This document shows, piece after piece, positions 58,539 through 64,000 of a stretch of DNA of 64,000 nucleotides. The stretch spans positions 19,162 through 83,161 of the forward strand of contig JAAZXW010000021.1 in NCBI GenBank assembly GCA_014239955.1. Reading direction: 5' to 3'. This stretch comes from Methanobacteriota archaeon. GTDB lineage: Archaea > Thermoplasmatota > Poseidoniia > Poseidoniales > Thalassarchaeaceae. Position 1 is the first letter of the stretch. The number at the start of each line of letters is the position of its first letter. Made by a program: the position numbers and the translations under genes. The notes under the pieces were generated by a model. It was given only the letters and a program-made list of their open reading frames with translations, had not been told where the DNA came from and ran no database searches.

Positions 58539-59762
58539 GTGAGCGACCAAGTGCACGTCCTAGGTGCCGGACTATCAGGATTGGCTGCCGCAACAATACT
58601 TGCGCGATCAGGGAAGGAGGTCCATGTTCATGAGATTCGGAAAGACAGCGGTGCGAGATTTGATGGTGACTTCCAAGGAATTGAGAATTGGACTAGCGAA
58701 GTAGACTTCTTCGATGAGTTGGAAGGTTGGGGTTTTGATTCTAGTGAGTTCAAGTCCGATGCATTCGGGATAATTGACCTCATCCACCCGGATGATGTGA
58801 TAACCCACCCAGAGACTGATGGTGTGGCCTTCAGAGTAGTGGAGAGGGGGACGGCAGGGCACACAATAGACCAGGCATTCAAAAGGATGGCTTTGGAATC
58901 GGGCGTAATAATCCACTATGGCGTGAGGAGGCCTCCAGAAGAATGTGACATTGTTGCTGCTGGACCGAAAGAATCCAGTGCAGTTGCGTATGGTGAAATC
59001 TTTGAGACGAGCCATCGAAACATCGTGGCCTTCCAACTGAATGACAAATTGGCCCCAGGGGCGTACTCATACTTGATCGTCATCGATGGTGTCGGCCTTA
59101 TTTGCACATGCCTGTGGAGGAAGCAGAGGAATAGTGGACGCTATCTTGACGAGACTATTGCATGGTATGAGCAACACTACGAACTGAATAGGAAACCGAA
59201 AAAGAGAGTTGGGGGCAAGGGCGACTTTGGACTTCCAACTAAATACATGCATGAAGGAAGATTCTACGTCGGAGAGGCAGGTGGATTGCAGGACTTCATG
59301 TGGGGTTTCGGGATGAGGTACGCGATTACTAGCGGGGTTCTATCTGCCAAGGCCATACTTGGAGAGTTCGAATACGAAAAAGAAGTCAGGAAGCGCCTAT
59401 TACCACTAGTTAGGGCCAGTGCAATTAACCGATTCCTGATGAACAGAGTAGGGGACAGGGGTTTCAAGATGGTGGCAAACCAGTGGATGAGGGATCAGAA
59501 GAGGAAAGGAGATGGCCTCAGCTTCATGCGTTGGCTGTACAAACCAGGGCTGGTGCGAAGGGCACTGTGGCCGATTGTGAAAATTGGCATGCTGAGAAGA
59601 AAGGTTCTCACCGATGGAAGGACAGTGCACAGGATGCCATTCAGGCGTTCCCTCAAAAGAGACTCGTGGGAGCCAAGTGTGGAAGCAGTAAAAATCAGAG
59701 AACAGTGGAAATCGGTGAGGAAAGGCGGTGGAACGCTGTCCTTCAAAGAGTCGGATGCTTAG
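58539..59762 (+). CDS. FAD-dependent oxidoreductase, geranylgeranyl-reductase-like
   Basis: VLGAGLSGL, APGAYSYL, VGEAGGLQD, GFGMRYAI; start GTG 58539 (alternative ATG 58524). Confidence 0.75.
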   Translation: MSDQVHVLGAGLSGLAAATILARSGKEVHVHEIRKDSGARFDGDFQGIENWTSEVDFFDELEGWGFDSSEFKSDAFGIIDLIHPDDVITHPETDGVAFRVVERGTAGHTIDQAFKRMALESGVIIHYGVRRPPEECDIVAAGPKESSAVAYGEIFETSHRNIVAFQLNDKLAPGAYSYLIVIDGVGLICTCLWRKQRNSGRYLDETIAWYEQHYELNRKPKKRVGGKGDFGLPTKYMHEGRFYVGEAGGLQDFMWGFGMRYAITSGVLSAKAILGEFEYEKEVRKRLLPLVRASAINRFLMNRVGDRGFKMVANQWMRDQKRKGDGLSFMRWLYKPGLVRRALWPIVKIGMLRRKVLTDGRTVHRMPFRRSLKRDSWEPSVEAVKIREQWKSVRKGGGTLSFKESDA

Positions 59763-59812
59763 CATAGTTCTGCCTCCGTTTGATTGATATGGCGGAACTC
59801 GCTCGAGTGAGC

Positions 59813-60673
59813 ATGACATCGTGGCCCGAACTAAAGCCCATGAAGAACCGCCTCGTAAACTACGGAGTGACTGAAAACGGAGTAGCGATTATCGAACTGG
59901 TCTCGGACTCCGACGGAGAGCCATTGGAGGGGGAGAGGACATCGGTAAACACCTACACAAGAGAGATGTGGCATGACATTGACGACGCGATTCTAAGCGC
60001 TAGATTCGATGATGACGTCTCAGTGATACTCCTGACCGGGCATGGCGAGAAGTTCTTTTCCGCGGGAGCTAGCATCAAGTACCTCAACAAACTCACTCCC
60101 GGGTACAAATATTTCTTCTGTCTGCATGCCAACGAGACCCTGTCTCGCTTGGAGCAAACACCCAAGTTAGTTATCGCGGCCCTGAATGGTCACACAGTTG
60201 GAGGAGGCCTGGAGATCGCCATGGCAGCAGACATCAGAATCGCTAGGAAGGGAAACTTCCAGGTTGGCCTTCCAGAGGTCTCATTGGGAGTACTGGCAGG
60301 AACTGGTGGGACTGCGAGACTTTCACGATTGGTCGGCAAGGCAAAGGCAATGGAAATCATGGTCACTGGCAGGAAGTTCTCCTTCGAGGAAGCAAAGGAC
60401 ATGGACTTGGTGCATGACATCTACGATAGCATGACTCTCGAGGAATTCCATCGGGACGTACTCGACTACTCTGGTCGGTTCACCCTCCCGTTCGCTGCGG
60501 CAAAGGCCATCGGGAACATCAAACGTAGCGTGCAGAGCGGTCTCGAGATACCACTCGAGTACCACTTGGCCTTGGAGAGGGAGTTGCAATCTGACTTGTT
60601 CCAGTCCGATGATGCAAAGACGGGAATCAAGGCCTACGTCGATAAACAGACTCCTCGTTTCGAAGGGCAGTAA
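59813..60673 (+). CDS. Enoyl-CoA hydratase/isomerase, resembling one BoxC domain
   Basis: FFSAGASI, FCLHANET, ALNGHTVGGGLEIA, GLPEVSLGVLAGTGG; start at ATG 59813. Confidence 0.8.
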   Translation: MTSWPELKPMKNRLVNYGVTENGVAIIELVSDSDGEPLEGERTSVNTYTREMWHDIDDAILSARFDDDVSVILLTGHGEKFFSAGASIKYLNKLTPGYKYFFCLHANETLSRLEQTPKLVIAALNGHTVGGGLEIAMAADIRIARKGNFQVGLPEVSLGVLAGTGGTARLSRLVGKAKAMEIMVTGRKFSFEEAKDMDLVHDIYDSMTLEEFHRDVLDYSGRFTLPFAAAKAIGNIKRSVQSGLEIPLEYHLALERELQSDLFQSDDAKTGIKAYVDKQTPRFEGQ

Positions 60674-60824
60674 ATCGACCTTGTGTGAGATGGTTCAACT
60701 AATCGAGAATCATATCGTTCACGAATACCCGGGAGACATCAGAAGAGGAGCCCTATAGACTAAATTTTTCATGAGGGAATTGGTCCAAAGAGTGATTAAT
60801 ATAGTGCAAAGGAGTGGAAGGAAT

Positions 60825-61967
60825 ATGGCAGAAACGGAGGTAGTAGAAAGTTACCCGACCAACTTCGAAACATGGATTGAAGAGTTCAACGAGTGGCAGA
60901 CAAGGATTGGATTCGACCCCTCTTGGTTAGGAGATTACAGATTTGACATCAAGTTCGACTGGGACACTGCTGGCAAGGAACTAGAGTTCGGTGATTTCAA
61001 GGGAATGCCCAAGTGGGATCGGAGAATGCAAATCCCACAACAGAACATCATGGATGCGATAATCACCATGGTTAGCGTGCAAGGTGATACAGAGTTCGCA
61101 AGCGTTGAGCAGCAAAATCACCTGCTGACTACCGCACCTACGGAGTACGACAAGAAGTCAGCAATGAGGATAATGTGCGAGGAACAGAGACACGGATGGC
61201 AGATGGCTTACCTTCTATGCACGTTCTTCGGAGAGCAGGGGGTCAGGGAGGCTGCTAAGCTACTGGAAAGAAACGCGCAAGAGGGGACGAGGATCCTAGG
61301 TTCTTTCAATGAGCCCATAGATCACTGGCTCGACTTCTTCATGTTCACGCACTTCATTGATAGGGACGGGAAGTATCAGCTTAAGATGCTCAGTACTTCC
61401 TCCTTCAAGCCTCTGGCAGCCAGCATGGGACCGATGCTCAAGGAGGAGTCTTTCCATCTAGGGACAGGTGCCAATGGACTTAGGAGAATCGTGAAGAAGG
61501 GTGTGATTCCATGTGCTCTCGTCCAGAAGTATGTGAACAAGTGGGTCAGTACCGGACTAGATTTGTTCGGAACAGATGACTCAGCCAGCGCACAGTGGGC
61601 TTACGTCTATGGAATCAAGGGGCGCTACGATGAGAGGGAGGCAGCGGGAGCAGCAGACAGAGAGCACCTGAACGAGGCCAGCAGGGACCTCTACTTCCAA
61701 GAACTAAGTGAGGAGATGGGGCGAATCAGCAAGGCACGCAAGGAGGGAGAGCCAGCGCTCTACATCCCATCCGACAAGTTCCGAAGGGGCATAGGAAAGT
61801 ACGCGGGCAAGAACTTCACCGTAGAGGGTGAGCCCTTTGAAGGAAATGACCAAGAATGGGAGGAATACCTAATCACGGTCCTTCCAACGGATGAAGACGA
61901 GGAAAGGCTGGTTAACGACTACATGAAGAAGGAGTGGATCCAGTACAGGGAATGGAAGGGCAACTGA
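60825..61967 (+). CDS. boxB: BoxB-like diiron benzoyl/aryl-CoA epoxidase subunit
   Basis: QGDTEFASVEQQ, TAPTEYD, EEQRH, RILGSFN, FFMFTHFIDRDGKYQL, EESFH (two ExxH ligand motifs), LDLFG. Confidence 0.8.
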   Translation: MAETEVVESYPTNFETWIEEFNEWQTRIGFDPSWLGDYRFDIKFDWDTAGKELEFGDFKGMPKWDRRMQIPQQNIMDAIITMVSVQGDTEFASVEQQNHLLTTAPTEYDKKSAMRIMCEEQRHGWQMAYLLCTFFGEQGVREAAKLLERNAQEGTRILGSFNEPIDHWLDFFMFTHFIDRDGKYQLKMLSTSSFKPLAASMGPMLKEESFHLGTGANGLRRIVKKGVIPCALVQKYVNKWVSTGLDLFGTDDSASAQWAYVYGIKGRYDEREAAGAADREHLNEASRDLYFQELSEEMGRISKARKEGEPALYIPSDKFRRGIGKYAGKNFTVEGEPFEGNDQEWEEYLITVLPTDEDEERLVNDYMKKEWIQYREWKGN

Positions 61968-61982
61968 CCCGGGGGTTACCGA

Positions 61983-62546
61983 ATGCAACACGTCGCACTC
62001 ACAGTGTTCGACAAGGATCTTTGTCGGCCATTCTTCGATAATGTAACTGAGCTATTCCATGCTCATCACCACTCCAAGGAGCAGGATCCGAGCGGATACG
62101 AGAGTCTCTTGTACAGGGTTTATCGCCCATACACTCCAGAGATGCTTGACACAATTGATCGGTGGATGGGTCTCGGAGAGAGGGCATGGAGGGCGGAGAC
62201 GCAAAGGGAGGTTCTTCTATCCCTGTACGCTATCCGCTATCCGGACACACTGCTAATTGAGAGTCTCACTGACAATGCTAGATCCGACATCCGTAGACTC
62301 TCCGCATACCTACACTTCACACATCACACATACTCAATTTGGGACGAGGACACAAGGAAGGGGCTGGGAAGACTAGGGATTGACCTACCAAAGATGGAGG
62401 AGGCTGATCCATTCGTTTACGGTGCATACATTTCTTCAATCGAGCTTCTGAAGGACGTCGCCCCTTTCACCTGCTTCCTAGAGCACGACGTCCCTCGGCA
62501 GAGGCTGTTCCAGTCTGCTCTGGCTGCATATGGCCGCGAAGGTTAG
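61983..62546 (+). CDS. Hypothetical protein in the box-like cluster
   Basis: 187-aa ORF starting 15 nt after the boxB-like stop; SAYLHF..YSIWD motif. Confidence 0.6.
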   Translation: MQHVALTVFDKDLCRPFFDNVTELFHAHHHSKEQDPSGYESLLYRVYRPYTPEMLDTIDRWMGLGERAWRAETQREVLLSLYAIRYPDTLLIESLTDNARSDIRRLSAYLHFTHHTYSIWDEDTRKGLGRLGIDLPKMEEADPFVYGAYISSIELLKDVAPFTCFLEHDVPRQRLFQSALAAYGREG

Positions 62547-62580
62547 CACTGCTTATTTCCCGACAGACTATCCGGCACTC

Positions 62581-63459
62581 ATGACGATTCGCAGAGTGGC
62601 AGTAATAGGTGCTGGCACCATGGGTTCAGGAATAGCCCAAGTTAGTGCTCAGACTGGATGGGATACTCGGCTTTTCGACGCCTTTCCTGATTCACTGGAG
62701 AATGGCATGGAAAAAATTAACGAATTCTGGGACAAAGGAATCTCCAAGGGGAAGACTAGTCCCCAGCAGAAGGAGATTTGGTCAGCCAACCTTAGAGCCA
62801 CCAGTGAAATGTCAGACGCGGTGGAAGATTCGGATATTGTAATAGAAGCGGTTCCGGAAAGGATGGAGCTCAAAAGATCGATTTTCAACGAATTAGAGGG
62901 TCTAGCACCTTCGAGCGCGATACTTGCAACGAATACATCTGGACTCCCAATCTCGGAGATTGCGTCGCATACAGGTTGTCCAGAGAGAGTGATAGGGATG
63001 CATTTCTTTAACCCGGTTCCATTGATGCAGCTTCTGGAAATCGTTCGCCATGAATTGGTAGACGAAAGTACAGTCTCTACGGCCAGGGAAGTTGGAGAGG
63101 CCATGGGTAAGACGACAATTATCGTACGAGATATACCAGGATTCGCTACCAGCAGATTGGGAGTGGTCCTAGGCAATGAGGCAATCAGGATGTTGGCCGA
63201 GGGCGTGGCTTCGGCAAGTGACATTGACACCGCAATGCGCTTGGGCTATCGGCACCCGATGGGACCGCTAGAGTTGTCAGATCTTGTGGGCCTGGACGTT
63301 AGAAGGGACATATTGAACAGTCTTGCAGATGCTTTTGATGATGAGTCTTACAGGCCTCACCCACTTCTGAGTGAGTTGGTGGATTCGGGATATCTAGGAA
63401 AGAAGACGGGCAGGGGCATCTACGATTGGACTTCGGGTGAGAAAGTAGAGAGGGAGTGA
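62581..63459 (+). CDS. 3-hydroxyacyl-CoA dehydrogenase
   Basis: VIGAGTMGSGIA, IEAVPE, ATNTS, GMHFFNP, PGF, DIDTAM.LG..HPMGPL, LGKKTGRG. Confidence 0.92.
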   Translation: MTIRRVAVIGAGTMGSGIAQVSAQTGWDTRLFDAFPDSLENGMEKINEFWDKGISKGKTSPQQKEIWSANLRATSEMSDAVEDSDIVIEAVPERMELKRSIFNELEGLAPSSAILATNTSGLPISEIASHTGCPERVIGMHFFNPVPLMQLLEIVRHELVDESTVSTAREVGEAMGKTTIIVRDIPGFATSRLGVVLGNEAIRMLAEGVASASDIDTAMRLGYRHPMGPLELSDLVGLDVRRDILNSLADAFDDESYRPHPLLSELVDSGYLGKKTGRGIYDWTSGEKVERE

Positions 63460-63476
63460 ATTCACTCCATTTCTGA

Positions 63477-63998
63477 CTACCATGTTCCATTGAAGTAGCA
63501 TTGCCCAGAGCAGGTATCGGTAACCATTCCACTGAGAAGATAGCCTGTGGCCAAGTCAATTGCAGGTGCGAAGCCCAGAACCTGGTTATGCGCAAGAGAG
63601 TGGTAAGCCATCGGGCCCTGAATGTTTCCTGGGGGAACTTCGGGGAAGTTCCCGTCAAAGTACACAATTGCTGAGCCTGATATTGGAGCCTGGGCCACAT
63701 CAAGATTGTGAGGGTGATATGTTGAATTTGCTAGAACTGGAATCCCCGAAGTTCTTGATGCCCTATCCGCGGAGAGAGTCGTTACCTGAGCGTCATTGAT
63801 AGACACCAAGTAGAGAATCTCGAATGGGTGGAGCTCCCCCTCCAGGCCCCCATCCCTGAAGGGAAGGTATGTCTCTGGTTCAGTAGCGTCCCACATTGAC
63901 TGCATCAATGCCAATAGAATTGAGCGATCCATTGTTGATTCGTATGCCAGAGGTGATGCGAATAGCTCCTCGAACTGGGTGTACTGAGTTGATCTTTC
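63477..63998 (-). CDS. C-terminal part of a hypothetical protein (possible alpha/beta hydrolase), 5'-truncated by window edge
   Basis: Frame is open to the window end; NDAQV and a late His resemble hydrolase Asp/His positions. Confidence 0.5.
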   Translation of the reverse strand, partial: ERSTQYTQFEELFASPLAYESTMDRSILLALMQSMWDATEPETYLPFRDGGLEGELHPFEILYLVSINDAQVTTLSADRASRTSGIPVLANSTYHPHNLDVAQAPISGSAIVYFDGNFPEVPPGNIQGPMAYHSLAHNQVLGFAPAIDLATGYLLSGMVTDTCSGQCYFNGTW

Positions 63999-64000
63999 GG

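Noticed and set aside
1-64000. CRISPR array, rRNA, IS elements or defence systems
   Set aside because: No regularly spaced repeats, rRNA-like sequence, transposase or defence-type ORFs were recognised.

Overview
Gene-dense archaeal chromosome segment, most consistent with Marine Group II Euryarchaeota (Ca. Poseidoniales). This assignment is inferred from gene content: archaeal informational genes (cdc6/orc1, PCNA, RPA+RPAP, TFS, pelota, fibrillarin/Nop5, A-type ATP synthase HIKECFABD, GGPP synthase/GG reductase) mixed with bacterial-type genes (cspA, rph, fpg, mog, glpX, class I aldolase, cysJ-like, boxB-like). Two tRNAs are present (Phe-GAA, Gly-TCC). I saw no transposases, integrases or CRISPR arrays. 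The features most worth following up are: (i) a ~285-nt highly structured, unassigned RNA-like element (52006-52290, minus strand) with a duplicated loop module, directly upstream of a CoA-biosynthesis fusion gene; (ii) a probable replication-origin region with two AT-rich tracts, one upstream of cdc6 and one with a better ORB-like box between two divergent winged-helix genes; (iii) a compact boxC/boxB-like aerobic aryl-CoA epoxidase cluster without boxA; (iv) several intact ORFs that have lost catalytic residues (HemC-like, M50-like); (v) a divergent TBP paralog and a recurrent TT(C/G)AA element at the TATA position. All calls come from motif recognition by eye; no searches were run.
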